IMG/VR virus record: IMGVR_UViG_3300049845_000291
Location: 32,001 to 96,000 of that record
Source of the DNA: a virus
Reading direction: 5' to 3' (one strand)
DNA length: 64,000 bases
The position numbers and the translations under genes are program-made. Positions 17,478 to 27,110 of the stretch are shown one piece after another. Each line of letters starts with the position of its first letter. Position 1 is the stretch's first letter. Under the pieces are notes generated by a model. It saw nothing but the letters and a program-made list of their open reading frames with translations. It did no database searches and was not told the origin of the DNA.

Positions 17478-18836
17478 TTATCGTGGCCGGAGACCAATCA
17501 GCTCTTGAAGGCCGTCGCCACCATCTTTCTTTGGGACAACGGCTGATGGGCCGGACTTCAAGAGCTTCGGCCGAGTGTTCACCAACGGTAGATCGTCGGC
17601 GTCACTGATCCGCAAGCTTTCGGCATCCCAGCGCATCTCAAGCTTCTTGTTCACGGCGTTGCTGTTCCGTGACTTCAGGAACTCGAAACGGTACAGACCA
17701 GCCGCTTCCATGTCCTCGGTCTTGACCAAGGCGATCACTAGATCAGAGGTGTTGATCTTAGAGATGCCGCCCTGAATGTGCGCCTGATCAAGCGACTTCT
17801 GTTCACGGGTGGCCTCAATCGCCCCTCGGCCAAGCTGTGACGCGCTGATCATCAGGCAATCGAAGTCGAAACCGATCGCTCGAACCTCTTCGGTGACGAA
17901 CTTGTCCTTCGTGAACATGTTGTCGCCGCCGTGCTTCTGCACCGACGCCATCAGGTCGATGTAGTCCACGATCACGAAGTCTGGTCTGAAGCCGTGCACC
18001 GCCTCAAGCTCACGGAGGTACGAGATGATGTGGTCAGCGGTCGTCGTTCCCTCGCGCATGCGCTTGATGAACAATCGACCATAGCCCTTCTCACGGGCCA
18101 GCTCAACCTCCTGGCCAACCTTGAGCTTGTTCGCGAAGATGTTCTTGCCGCTGATTCGGCTGATCATCGAGTCTAGGCGCTTGGCCACCACTCGATCTCG
18201 CATCTCGAGAGAGATGTACACCCCGTGCAAGCCACGCTTCAGCAGGTTGTGCCCAAGGTTCAGCATGGCAACGGACTTGCCACCACCGGAGTTCGCCGTG
18301 AACAGCACCAGCTCTTGTCGGCCAACGCCACCACCAATCAGATCGTCTACGGTGCTCCATCCGGTCGGAATCAGGATCTCGGCCGCCTCGGCCTCGGCAA
18401 GTCGTCCAGCGGGGTCGGCAAAGTAATCGATGCCCAGATCAGAGTGCAGCGCGATCTGTGAGGCCAACTTGATCTCATTGACCATCTGGCCGAAGTTGCC
18501 CTTCTCAATGTGAGCTGGAGCGCGCAGCACGGCCTCAGTGACGGCACGAATCTGGCAGAACGAGGCAATCTGCTCGGCCAAGAACTGCAGGTCGCCACGC
18601 TGCAATGACGGCACCGCATCAAGCTTGAGCTTGGTCGCCGTATGGAAGATCTCCGGTGCTGGCACTGCCCGCTGATCGTGGAAGTACTCCTTCAGGAACT
18701 TTACGCCAGGTTGGAAGTTCGTGTCAAAGTACGAGGCCTTGAGCAGGTGCTGCACACGTGCAAATAGCTCTGGGTGGCTTAGCATGCTGGCCAGATATAG
18801 CCGCTGAGCCGCGTCGTCAATCAAGTGATCACTCAT
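17478..18836 (-). CDS. Replicative DNA helicase (DnaB / T4 gp41-like)
   Basis: IPTGW, Walker A ANSGGGKS, YISLEM, VIVDYIDLM, SASQLGR, LKSRN. Confidence 0.93.
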   Translation of the reverse strand: MSDHLIDDAAQRLYLASMLSHPELFARVQHLLKASYFDTNFQPGVKFLKEYFHDQRAVPAPEIFHTATKLKLDAVPSLQRGDLQFLAEQIASFCQIRAVTEAVLRAPAHIEKGNFGQMVNEIKLASQIALHSDLGIDYFADPAGRLAEAEAAEILIPTGWSTVDDLIGGGVGRQELVLFTANSGGGKSVAMLNLGHNLLKRGLHGVYISLEMRDRVVAKRLDSMISRISGKNIFANKLKVGQEVELAREKGYGRLFIKRMREGTTTADHIISYLRELEAVHGFRPDFVIVDYIDLMASVQKHGGDNMFTKDKFVTEEVRAIGFDFDCLMISASQLGRGAIEATREQKSLDQAHIQGGISKINTSDLVIALVKTEDMEAAGLYRFEFLKSRNSNAVNKKLEMRWDAESLRISDADDLPLVNTRPKLLKSGPSAVVPKKDGGDGLQELIGLRPR

Positions 18837-19062
18837 CCTTGAGGCGCTCCGCTACTTCTTCAGCCACCTGAACGGTCTTGGTGCTGTGCTGCCAGATGGA
18901 CTCGATCTGATCAGCTCCCAGATGAATTGGGCGCGGGCCTTCAGCGTACCGCCAAGTGCAACCACTCTTGGAGTACGAGAATGAGTACACCCAAAACCTT
19001 TGTCGCTGCCCTGACTGGTACACGACCTCAATTTCAAAAAGTGGAACGTCAACCATTTTCAC
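18829..19062 (-). CDS. Hypothetical protein
   Basis: 77-aa ORF with AGGAG RBS and an upstream TACAAT inside a TCCTGATC/GATCAGGA inverted repeat. Confidence 0.55.
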   Translation of the reverse strand: MKMVDVPLFEIEVVYQSGQRQRFWVYSFSYSKSGCTWRYAEGPRPIHLGADQIESIWQHSTKTVQVAEEVAERLKDE

Positions 19063-19106
19063 CTCCTGATCAATTGTAACGATCAGGAGATTTGGCGAAT
19101 CCCAAG

Positions 19107-20126
19107 TCAGTGACGACCGATCTTGGCAAGCTCTAGCTGGAGCTTGGATTGCAGCGAGATGCCTTCGGCGGTCTTGATTGGGCTTGGGCGCGTCCGGTTC
19201 TTCATCAACGTCCAGACGGTGTAAGGCAACCCGAAGAGCTGCACGCTCTTGTTGATGTCGCTGGCTCGAGGATCAACGAACGTGATCTCCCAGCCGTGTT
19301 TCAACGCGATCTCTCCAAGCAACCCACCATTTGAATCTCGATCAATGACCACGACTTTAGTGCGACGGCAGCGATCAAGCACCTCAAGCTTTGCATCGTT
19401 GATCTCAGAACCAAGCAGTGCGACGCCCCGCACAGGGGCCGCGTCGGTAATCCCTTCAGTCACGAACAGCGGCTGATCAAGATCCTGCCAAAGGTGATCG
19501 TACCCCCAGAGCACCGCCGCTCGAGGTGCTGTGCACGAGATGTACCGTGGTTTGGAGTCCTTCACCGTTCGTGCTTGCCAGAAGATGACCTTGCCTGCGC
19601 GCATGCAGGGGATGATCACGCGGTTCAGGAACTTAGGATCGGTGCTGAAGTGCGCGTTCAGTTCCAACGGATCAAGCCGACGACTGAACAGGTACTCGAT
19701 CAAGGGGATCTGCAAGTCCTCACGGAACTCACTGCCCAGCGGATATGAACTTGGTGGAAGGTCGACATCAGGTGTGAACAACGAGACCGGCGGCTTCAGG
19801 GTTTCAAGCGTGATCTCTTTAGGCTGGTTCGCCTTGTTGAAGAACGCGGTACCAACAAGCTCGTCGAGCTTTGCACCTGGAACCCCATGTGCCTCTAGGA
19901 TTCGTCGGGCGCTCTTTGAGATTGAGGTGCTGCCTTCCTCATGCAGGAACTTGGCCTTGCAGTTGAAGCAGTGAAAACCGACGGTTGAACCATCGAACTT
20001 GAACCCGGCACGCTCACTGTGGTCATTACAGACCTGACACCGAAGGGCGCGAAAGCCAGTAGCCGATTCGCGCCCTAGGTGAACGTGCTCTTCAACGAGC
20101 TCCCTAAGCGTCAGCGGTTTGACCAT
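19107..20126 (-). CDS. DNA primase (T4 gp61-like)
   Basis: Zn finger CQVCND...HCFNC, FWQAR and TOPRIM VTEGITDA...DRD. Start reassigned to MVKPL. Confidence 0.88.
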   Translation of the reverse strand: MVKPLTLRELVEEHVHLGRESATGFRALRCQVCNDHSERAGFKFDGSTVGFHCFNCKAKFLHEEGSTSISKSARRILEAHGVPGAKLDELVGTAFFNKANQPKEITLETLKPPVSLFTPDVDLPPSSYPLGSEFREDLQIPLIEYLFSRRLDPLELNAHFSTDPKFLNRVIIPCMRAGKVIFWQARTVKDSKPRYISCTAPRAAVLWGYDHLWQDLDQPLFVTEGITDAAPVRGVALLGSEINDAKLEVLDRCRRTKVVVIDRDSNGGLLGEIALKHGWEITFVDPRASDINKSVQLFGLPYTVWTLMKNRTRPSPIKTAEGISLQSKLQLELAKIGRH

Positions 20127-20355
20127 CTGGCCCTTGAATGTCGTACCGTCCGCCGCACTTGCCGCAGTAGAACCAGGTCCAACCAAACCCGTTGTCGTGG
20201 AACTTGCCACCGCTGTGACCTTCTTTGGCGCAGCGTTCACGGATCTCTTTCAAGGCTGGGTAGTACACGGTGCGGTCGTACTCGCCCATGGCGTGCTTCA
20301 TGAACTCGCGGCGTGCGGCCTCAACTCGGCCACGATCTTCCCAGACAGTGCTCAT
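20104..20355 (-). CDS. Small Cys/His-containing protein
   Basis: CAKEGH...CGKCG; coupled to neighbouring genes. Confidence 0.5.
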   Translation of the reverse strand: MSTVWEDRGRVEAARREFMKHAMGEYDRTVYYPALKEIRERCAKEGHSGGKFHDNGFGWTWFYCGKCGGRYDIQGPDGQTADA

Positions 20356-20489
20356 GAGGCGTACGACATGAAGAGCAACACCAGTGCCCCTGCAAGGTAT
20401 GGGCTTGGGTTGACGCTGAAGAACATCGCCCCGATCACGGCAATCAGGATCATCACCAGCCCACCGATCTTAAGGCGATCTTTGTTCAT
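20352..20489 (-). CDS. Small two-TM membrane protein
   Basis: MNKDRLKIGGLVMILIAVIG...; TACAAT 7 nt upstream. Confidence 0.5.
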   Translation of the reverse strand: MNKDRLKIGGLVMILIAVIGAMFFSVNPSPYLAGALVLLFMSYAS

Positions 20490-20547
20490 ACGCCTCATTG
20501 TAACGTCAGGCGACGACAGGGCACCTCGGCTCTTGGGCTGATGAGCC

Positions 20548-20575
20548 AAACACAAAGGGGACCCGAAGGTCCCCT
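20548..20575 (-). terminator. Rho-independent terminator
   Basis: AGGGGACC-TTCG-GGTCCCCT-TTGTGTTT. Confidence 0.85.
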
Positions 20576-20597
20576 GCGTTGTTCTGGTGTCACGAGC

Positions 20598-20849
20598 CTA
20601 GGTCTGTTGGCTACCTGCTCGCTTCTCCTTGTAGAATGCGATCGCCGCACGCATCAGCGGCTCGGTCACCGTGAGGTGCTCGGGCATGTGTGCACGCTGG
20701 TACAGCGCGTGCCACTGCGGCTTGCCCTTGAGCTTGATCTGCGCGACTTGCCAGAAGTCCTTGCCGTCCCTGGTCTCGTGACCCTGGCGTCGGCAGAACT
20801 CGAGGAAAGCCTCGAGGTCGTTCTTATGCAGCAGGCTTCTTGACGCCAC
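20598..20849 (-). CDS. Hypothetical protein
   Basis: GTG start (MASRSLLHK) with AGGAG RBS. Confidence 0.55.
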   Translation of the reverse strand: MASRSLLHKNDLEAFLEFCRRQGHETRDGKDFWQVAQIKLKGKPQWHALYQRAHMPEHLTVTEPLMRAAIAFYKEKRAGSQQT

Positions 20850-21204
20850 GGGCTCTCCTGTTTCCGTCTGCCCAGCACTCACGCGCCCGTTGAAGGGTTC
20901 GGTCCAGCACGCCAGCTTCGGTGCCTGTGCGGTACACACGACTGGCCTTGAACAGGCAACCTGAGCGTCCGGTGCGGGGGTTGTTGAAGACCAGCAGGAC
21001 GCGAATCGCATCCGCACCGGCTGGCCGAACGTCGCCGCCGTTCAGCGGCAACGACGTGTAGATCTTGACGAACATCGTCGGGTCCAGGTCGTGCTGTCGC
21101 TGGTACACCAGCTCACCACGAGCCTCTGGATCCGGTTTGAACCCGGCCTGTTCCAGACGCGAGATGAAGCTCTCTCGGCTGACTTCGACGTAGCGTTCGC
21201 TCAT
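20824..21204 (-). CDS. Hypothetical protein (leaderless candidate)
   Basis: 126-aa ORF; TAGAAT 6 nt upstream of the ATG. Confidence 0.65.
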   Translation of the reverse strand: MSERYVEVSRESFISRLEQAGFKPDPEARGELVYQRQHDLDPTMFVKIYTSLPLNGGDVRPAGADAIRVLLVFNNPRTGRSGCLFKASRVYRTGTEAGVLDRTLQRARECWADGNRRARGVKKPAA

Positions 21205-21210
21205 GTGGGC

Positions 21211-21257
21211 ATTCTACACCCCAAGTCAGATGAACCTGTAACGGTTACAACTAAATA
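21211..21257. promoter_or_regulatory. Back-to-back promoters: leftward GTTACA-N20-TAGAAT and rightward TAAATA
   Basis: TGTAACGGTTACA at 21237-21249 lies between the two. Confidence 0.7.
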
Positions 21258-21284
21258 GTCCAAATTCTCTCTTAGAGGCTCCAC

Positions 21285-21797
21285 ATGTCTAATCTTCTCG
21301 TATCCGTCATTGATGATCTCATCCACGATCGCCGTGAACAGGCTCAGGTTACCATCCATGACTATATCTTGGGCAGGATGCAACAGCTTGCTGGATTGAC
21401 AGAAGCCAAAATCAGCCCGATGAATTTCTCGGCTCTCAAGGGTGGTGAGACGCCTGATGAAAAAACAAAAGCTGCTTTGCAGAAGATGTGCGACGCTGCC
21501 GAGAAGAAGATGCTCAAGGATGTTGTTGCAAACCCAGACAACTTTGGCATCGACACGTACGAAACTTCCAAGGCTGAGATTCGTTCAGGAACAAATGTTT
21601 GGGCGCAGTTCGTGACGGTTTATGAGAACGGGTTCAAGATTGCCTTGAACGTTGACACCGATAACATCGGTGGAGACAGCACGAACCACGAGGAACAGTA
21701 CGCCGACGCCTCAGGCAAGATCGTTGCGGAGATGCCCGCATTTGGAAAATTGATCTGTTCCCTCGACGTGCAGAGCGATTTCATGCGTGATGACTGA
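21285..21797 (+). CDS. Putative internal head / prohead-core-like late protein
   Basis: Own TAAATA promoter and a RMQQLAGLTE motif. Confidence 0.55.
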   Translation: MSNLLVSVIDDLIHDRREQAQVTIHDYILGRMQQLAGLTEAKISPMNFSALKGGETPDEKTKAALQKMCDAAEKKMLKDVVANPDNFGIDTYETSKAEIRSGTNVWAQFVTVYENGFKIALNVDTDNIGGDSTNHEEQYADASGKIVAEMPAFGKLICSLDVQSDFMRDD

Positions 21798-21810
21798 CCT
21801 GGCAAGGTGA

Positions 21811-22062
21811 CTACACCGGCTTGAAGTCGAACGGATCGCCGCCCTGTTGCAGGAACTGCAGGAACTGTTGTCCCTCAGCGTACGTCAGTCGGGGCGGGAT
21901 GCAGGCGTACGCTTCGATGTGATGCACCGGAACCCACTGTCCGTCGTTCAGGTACTCGATGCGGTACCACAGCCGGTTTGTCACGAGACGAAAGCGATCA
22001 CCCAAGGTAGTACTCCAATCCGTAAGCTGACACCGGCCCGGCGTTGATGTACTTCCCATCAA
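21811..22062 (-). CDS. Hypothetical protein (start uncertain)
   Basis: ORF track; same strand as the surrounding operon. Confidence 0.35.
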   Translation of the reverse strand: MMGSTSTPGRCQLTDWSTTLGDRFRLVTNRLWYRIEYLNDGQWVPVHHIEAYACIPPRLTYAEGQQFLQFLQQGGDPFDFKPV

Positions 22063-22267
22063 CGAGCTGCAGCAATCGCCAGACCTGATCGCGACCGCCG
22101 AAGTAGTACGCCGTCGCTTCCATCCAGGAACCGTGCTCGTTGCTGTACTTGCGCACCAGGTACTGGCGCACCTCTGGCGGTTCGTTGATTGCCGAGCGCC
22201 ACTTTCCAGGATCGAGCGATGGCCGCCAGATTGGGTTATTCAGGAAGCTCATCTGCGGCACAGTCAT
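21998..22267 (-). CDS. Hypothetical protein
   Basis: ORF track; operon context. Confidence 0.5.
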   Translation of the reverse strand: MTVPQMSFLNNPIWRPSLDPGKWRSAINEPPEVRQYLVRKYSNEHGSWMEATAYYFGGRDQVWRLLQLVDGKYINAGPVSAYGLEYYLG

Positions 22268-22502
22268 CTGGGTTCATCTCGTACTCGTCGAAGTCCGTCG
22301 GGGAGTCCAACAGGTGATCGTTAGGATCTTCCCATGGCTCATTTAGCGTGACCTGGCCAGTCTCAACCAGCGCCATGATGGCGCGTTGGATCTCTTCTGG
22401 CGGCCAGGCGTAGAAGGCCCGCACACGCTCGGTCAGCTCCTCAAGGCTGCACAGCCCTTGGTTGGCCGCCTTGAGGACCAGATCTTCCAGTTCAGCGTCC
22501 AC
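22236..22502 (-). CDS. Small acidic hypothetical protein
   Basis: ORF track; operon context. Confidence 0.5.
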   Translation of the reverse strand: MDAELEDLVLKAANQGLCSLEELTERVRAFYAWPPEEIQRAIMALVETGQVTLNEPWEDPNDHLLDSPTDFDEYEMNPDDCAADELPE

Positions 22503-23148
22503 TTTGGTTCAGCTTCCAATGTGTGTTGATTCGGCGAACATGCTGCTCAACCCCAATCGCGTAATGATACGAGTCATCGACAGCCTTGACACCGCCGGGC
22601 CCGCGGTTGTACGCGTTCAACAGCTCACGGCCTTGGAAACCGTACTGGCGGGTCAACAACAGCAGGTACTTCGACGTGATCTCGATGTTGAATGCCGGAT
22701 TGAGGATCAGATTCGCCTTGAGCTCGTCGTCGGTCCGAGTCTGGAACTTGTACTTCTGCCAGAGCTCCGGCCAGCGGGCCAGCACATCACGCGCCGCACC
22801 AACCTTGATCTGACCAAGCCCGTAGTACTCGTCACCTCGGTTTCCAGCCACGCGGTATGAGTCCATGCCGCCGGCCTTGGACTCCTGCAGGATGACACCC
22901 TGCACCAGCTCAGGATGACGGTGACCGTCGGCCTTCGCTTGCAGATAGGCCTTGGTGAGCACTTGGTGCTGCTCTTTCGTCAGGCCACGCGGAACCACCA
23001 CGGCCGCCTGGTTTCCCATGCGCGGTCCGACGGGCTTTTCACCGATCACGGTGGTCCCAGTCGGTTGTGGCATCGTTTCGAACAGCTGTGCTGCTCCCAT
23101 CGCCAGCGCGCCTAGCACCGCCAGCATCCCGATCATCACCTTGGTCAT
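22492..23148 (-). CDS. Lytic transglycosylase (SLT domain) with an N-terminal signal anchor
   Basis: ILQES catalytic Glu, YGLGQI and AYNRGPG. Start MTKVMIG with AAGGAG RBS. Confidence 0.85.
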   Translation of the reverse strand: MTKVMIGMLAVLGALAMGAAQLFETMPQPTGTTVIGEKPVGPRMGNQAAVVVPRGLTKEQHQVLTKAYLQAKADGHRHPELVQGVILQESKAGGMDSYRVAGNRGDEYYGLGQIKVGAARDVLARWPELWQKYKFQTRTDDELKANLILNPAFNIEITSKYLLLLTRQYGFQGRELLNAYNRGPGGVKAVDDSYHYAIGVEQHVRRINTHWKLNQSGR

Positions 23149-23229
23149 GAAGCACTCCTTAGTACTGATGGCGGGTTCACCGCCAAGATTGGTCAGAGCT
23201 CGGTCCATTGTATCAACAAAGTTCACCTG

Positions 23230-23262
23230 AAAACACAAAGGGCCGCTCTCGCGGCCCTTTGT
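23230..23262 (-). terminator. Rho-independent terminator
   Basis: ACAAAGGGCCGC-GAGA-GCGGCCCTTTGTGTTTT. Confidence 0.85.
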
Positions 23263-23284
23263 TCAGGACGATGAGCCTCAGATC

Positions 23285-23713
23285 TTACATTCTGGGTGGT
23301 TCGCCAGCGACCACGCCACCGCGTGGGTCTGCAAACTCTGCGCCGATCATCTTGTCGTCATCGCCGCCGAGCTCGACCGAAGCCAGCCCGCCGCCGATAA
23401 CAGCGCCCTTCGGGCGCTTGACCTTGACATAGTTCATGTGGAAAAAGTCAAGGGCGTTCATGCCGTTGTTCAAACGACCCTGAGACAGGAGCTCCCAAAG
23501 TGGGTACTTGTCAGCGTGAACTGACGTGATAACCGACTTCAGCCGCTTCTTGTCGATGGGGTGCAGCTTGTCAACTTCAATCCCAAAGAGCGTGCCGTCA
23601 GCTGTTTCCTTGACAATGGCGATCTCCTTCAGGAGGCCATCGTCGTTCCAATCAACCAGCCATACGTGCTTCAGGTCAGTGGGACGCTTCTCAATTTTCG
23701 TTTTTGCAGCCAT
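23285..23713 (-). CDS. Hypothetical late protein
   Basis: AAGGAG RBS, TAAATA at 23799 and its own terminator. Confidence 0.7.
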   Translation of the reverse strand: MAAKTKIEKRPTDLKHVWLVDWNDDGLLKEIAIVKETADGTLFGIEVDKLHPIDKKRLKSVITSVHADKYPLWELLSQGRLNNGMNALDFFHMNYVKVKRPKGAVIGGGLASVELGGDDDKMIGAEFADPRGGVVAGEPPRM

Positions 23714-23817
23714 GATAGACTCCTTCACGGGACATCGTGAACGATTTACCGCTTGAGCACATGCTCTCGCGAACCCTTTGTACGCCGAAGCGTAAGTCTA
23801 TTTACATGGCTGGTCGT

Positions 23818-24117
23818 TTAGACCTTGTAGATCTTGACGCGGTACTGGTACGGCTCTCCCTTTTTCAAGGCGTGCTCTTCCTCGAGCTCGATGCAGAACC
23901 CAGCCTGCGATCTCTTCTTGAAGAACCTGAGGACCTTCGCGGCGTGAGTCCAGTTCTCAAGGACGACATGATGAACAAGCTTTGGGGCCTGCGCTAAGAC
24001 CTTGTCGATCTCATCGATGAACTTTCCCTCGGCATCTGGGTCAACGACCTCGACGTCTGGAAATCGAGCATGCAGGGCGTACAGCAGCTCTTGCAGCCGG
24101 CGATGGGAATCACTCAA
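23818..24117 (-). CDS. Hypothetical protein
   Basis: 99-aa ORF overlapping the RNase H stop. Confidence 0.55.
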   Translation of the reverse strand: MSDSHRRLQELLYALHARFPDVEVVDPDAEGKFIDEIDKVLAQAPKLVHHVVLENWTHAAKVLRFFKKRSQAGFCIELEEEHALKKGEPYQYRVKIYKV

Positions 24118-25144
24118 AGGACAGCCCTCCGATTGGTTTCGCCGCTGGCTTCTTCTCGAGCTTCACTGGTGGGGCGCTTGGCCGCGTGCCACTAAACATC
24201 GGAACAAAATCGATTGCGCGCTCGGCGATCTGTGCAAGCTTGTACTTCCCAAGGAACTTGTTGAAGTGGAAGAAGTTGAACGTGCCGTGATGCTCACTCT
24301 CGTGCTCGATCACCTCGGTGATGAGCTGGCGGATCCGTTCTGGTTGCGCCGACAGGTTCATTAGCAGGTTGTTCTCTTCGAACATCCTGGCCACGGACAT
24401 CATGCGCTTGTCGCCGGTCTCAGGGTCCATGAACTCCCACTGCGACTCGAGCAGGTTTGACATCGTGAACGCGTCGGCCTTGAGTGGATCGACCTTGTTG
24501 CCGACAACGCCGTACGCCTTGTGCAGCTTGGTGGCGCGAACACGAGGAAAGGCTGGCAGCACGTTGTCGCCTGCATCACCACGCATGCACTTCTCGAACA
24601 TGAAGTACCCAGCGTCGTCAACGCCGCAGACCGCCTCGACGGTGCGTTGCTTTCCGTCGTCCGGATTCAGAAGCTTGATGTTCGGGCTGCCCAGGAGCTG
24701 CACGAAGTCCTTGTCGCCAGACAAGATCACGACCTCATCACCAACCGCACTGAAGTGCTGCGCGTACCCAGCAATCAGGTCATCACCCTCAAGCTCTGGA
24801 TGGACCAGGGTCACGATGTTTGTGTGCTCACGAGCTAGGTCCTCGAAGGCCCGCATGACGTCGAACAGCACGGCCATGCTCGGGTCGGCGGTGCGGTTCC
24901 CTTTGTACAGGCGCTTGCTGTAGCACTCGTCAGACTTGGTGTACTCCTTGCGCCAGTTCTTCTTGCCCTCAAAGACGATGGCCAGACGATCAGGCTGCAC
25001 GTTCATCCAGTGCTTTCGCAGCGACATCAGGGACATGTGCAGCCCGAGCCCCGCGGATTCAGAGGCATCAGCCGGGCCGTACCTCTGCTGGGCGGCCACG
25101 GTTCGCCAGAACAGGTTTGAGACGTCGCAAACAAGTCGTTTCAT
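24110..25144 (-). CDS. 5'-3' exonuclease / T4 RNase H-like
   Basis: DVSN, YKGNR, EGDDLI, SGDKDFVQL, GDAGDNV. Confidence 0.92.
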   Translation of the reverse strand: MKRLVCDVSNLFWRTVAAQQRYGPADASESAGLGLHMSLMSLRKHWMNVQPDRLAIVFEGKKNWRKEYTKSDECYSKRLYKGNRTADPSMAVLFDVMRAFEDLAREHTNIVTLVHPELEGDDLIAGYAQHFSAVGDEVVILSGDKDFVQLLGSPNIKLLNPDDGKQRTVEAVCGVDDAGYFMFEKCMRGDAGDNVLPAFPRVRATKLHKAYGVVGNKVDPLKADAFTMSNLLESQWEFMDPETGDKRMMSVARMFEENNLLMNLSAQPERIRQLITEVIEHESEHHGTFNFFHFNKFLGKYKLAQIAERAIDFVPMFSGTRPSAPPVKLEKKPAAKPIGGLSFE

Positions 25145-25356
25145 AGCTCTTCCAAAATCTCGTCTTGACTGACGCCAAAGGTCAGTCCATCAGTTCGGTC
25201 TTCATGAGAGACCTTGAAGGGCCATTGGCCAGCATCACGGATCTCGCGAACAATCAGACGGTCACCCTTCTTCGCCAAGTACCCGCCTGGGTGACAGTCA
25301 TCGGGACCTTCATACAGGTCCCTCTTCATGATCACCTTAGATCCAACTGCAATCAC
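25141..25356 (-). CDS. Small hypothetical protein
   Basis: Coupled ORF. Confidence 0.55.
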   Translation of the reverse strand: MIAVGSKVIMKRDLYEGPDDCHPGGYLAKKGDRLIVREIRDAGQWPFKVSHEDRTDGLTFGVSQDEILEEL

Positions 25357-25667
25357 AGCAGGTTCCCGAGCAGCCGTTTAGTGGCCTGTACCCCTATCCG
25401 ACGTTCGAACAACTCACGCGCTTCATTGAGCAGCGACTGCCAGTTCTCGAGCCGTGCTCGCTCTGAGCTCGTTGCGCGCAGCGTCGCAATGATCTCTTCA
25501 TTGTACAGATGCTCGAGATCGGTGCGCACCTCATTCAAGAGCTCTTCGACGGCTTTCTTGGAAGCATCGAGCTCGGCCTGATGGTCGGATGAACGCCAAA
25601 GAACCATCATCCAAGGAACAAGCTCCTTGAGACGTGATTCAGCTAGATCGTATCCAGAGTGTGTCAC
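25353..25667 (-). CDS. Hypothetical helical protein
   Basis: Coupled ORF. Confidence 0.55.
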   Translation of the reverse strand: MTHSGYDLAESRLKELVPWMMVLWRSSDHQAELDASKKAVEELLNEVRTDLEHLYNEEIIATLRATSSERARLENWQSLLNEARELFERRIGVQATKRLLGNLL

Positions 25668-26008
25668 TTCATGTTCATCCGGCCAGACAACGTTGGGTGC
25701 GAATCAGATTGCACTGGGTCATCACCACCTGTCAGCTCAGTAGGCTTCATCTGAGAGGCATAGAAGAACAGCTGCACGGTGTCCTCCTCGGTCTCAGCCT
25801 GAAACCCCATGCTGTTCAATCGGTCAATGAAGGCCTGGTTCCAGTTGAAGCCAACCTTGATACGACCATCGTCCTCAAAGCCAACGACCTCGAACATCGC
25901 CCAAGGCTCGTCGAGCTTCTCTTGCTGCTCAACGAACAGGGCCTTGCCGTCAATGGGCTTTGGGGCCTCATTGAACCAGTTCTTGAAGCGCTTGAGGAAG
26001 CTCACCAT
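25664..26008 (-). CDS. Hypothetical protein
   Basis: EPWAMFEV...FNWNQAFIDRL; coupled ORF. Confidence 0.6.
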   Translation of the reverse strand: MVSFLKRFKNWFNEAPKPIDGKALFVEQQEKLDEPWAMFEVVGFEDDGRIKVGFNWNQAFIDRLNSMGFQAETEEDTVQLFFYASQMKPTELTGGDDPVQSDSHPTLSGRMNMK

Positions 26009-26364
26009 TTACCCGCCGTGGCCATGGCCTTGACCGATGGCATGACACGCTTCAGCTCAGGCTCAACTGTCGTACGCAGACGCTCAGCGGCCATACTCTC
26101 GATGAGCGTGTCGACGATCGCTGATACCGCTGTTGTGGGATCCGTTTGCTGCAGCGCCTGCACTGTGATCTGCGCCGTGGTGCGCTTGCCGCCGAAGGCC
26201 AGCGTGAAGCCAACGATCTGCTTGTGCGGATCAATCTCTGCGTTGCAGCGTGGCTCCCACTTCTCAGCGAGCTCTTTGTACTTCGTGAGCTCGCTCATGG
26301 CGTGCTCGAGCTGGGTTTCAAGTCGAGCAACGTACTCGCTGCGGTTCTTTTCGATGTCGTCCAT
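26002..26364 (-). CDS. Hypothetical protein
   Basis: AGGAG RBS; coiled-coil N-terminus. Confidence 0.6.
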   Translation of the reverse strand: MDDIEKNRSEYVARLETQLEHAMSELTKYKELAEKWEPRCNAEIDPHKQIVGFTLAFGGKRTTAQITVQALQQTDPTTAVSAIVDTLIESMAAERLRTTVEPELKRVMPSVKAMATAGKW

Positions 26365-26372
26365 GGGCGCTC

Positions 26373-27095
26373 CTATGAGTATTGGATCTTTGGGATGGCT
26401 AGCAGGGTGTGCTTGTGCGCCTGAAGCTTGAACTGCCCAGAGCGCATCAGCGCTGTACTTACAACGTCGTTCTGTGACGCAAGATGCTCAAGCATCCCAA
26501 GAAGCACACCGGCGTTCGTGCAATCGAAGTTGTTCACTGCTGGGTAAGGGGCCTCGATGAACTCCGCCGGCACTGAGAGCTCGGTCTCAAATCGGTCGTT
26601 GTTCTGATCCATGGCCTCAACACGAACCTGTCCATCCTTCCTGACCTGGAAGGTGACCTGCTCGGCGCCAATGGTCTTGACGGATTTCGCGATCAGGGCG
26701 ATCTCTGGCTTGGTGAGCTGCACCACCGCCATCTCCTGATCGGTGTTGGTCTTTGGATACTTCAGGAGCTTCGGGTCGGTGCAGCGGAACTCGATCTTCG
26801 ATGAAGCTCCGCGCAGCGTAAGCTTCTTGACCAGGTTGGTGTCAGTGAGCTCGCCTTCGATCAGGATGTTGTCGCCAAAGAGCTTCATGCGCTTTTCGAG
26901 CTCGACCAAGCGGCCGATCCCGAACGCAACACTTGGATCGATTGAGAGCTCAATCGTGCTGAAGATCGCGCCATGGTGTTGTGGGTTCAGGCCACGTACC
27001 AAGCCTTCATGGATCACCGCATCTTCCACTCCAGCGAGCTTGCAGGCGGCCAGCGCCGAGCGCAGCTTGAGAACGTCATCAGAGTTCAATTTCAT
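26373..27095 (-). CDS. Sliding clamp (T4 gp45-like)
   Basis: 240 aa, adjacent to the polymerase, with clamp-like FGI and IEFRCTDP segments. Confidence 0.6.
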   Translation of the reverse strand: MKLNSDDVLKLRSALAACKLAGVEDAVIHEGLVRGLNPQHHGAIFSTIELSIDPSVAFGIGRLVELEKRMKLFGDNILIEGELTDTNLVKKLTLRGASSKIEFRCTDPKLLKYPKTNTDQEMAVVQLTKPEIALIAKSVKTIGAEQVTFQVRKDGQVRVEAMDQNNDRFETELSVPAEFIEAPYPAVNNFDCTNAGVLLGMLEHLASQNDVVSTALMRSGQFKLQAHKHTLLAIPKIQYS

Positions 27096-27110
27096 GATCG
27101 AATTGTACCG

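Noticed and set aside
20127-20240. N-terminal extension of the primase
   Set aside because: It is a low-complexity shadow overlapping the more plausible 20104..20355 gene.
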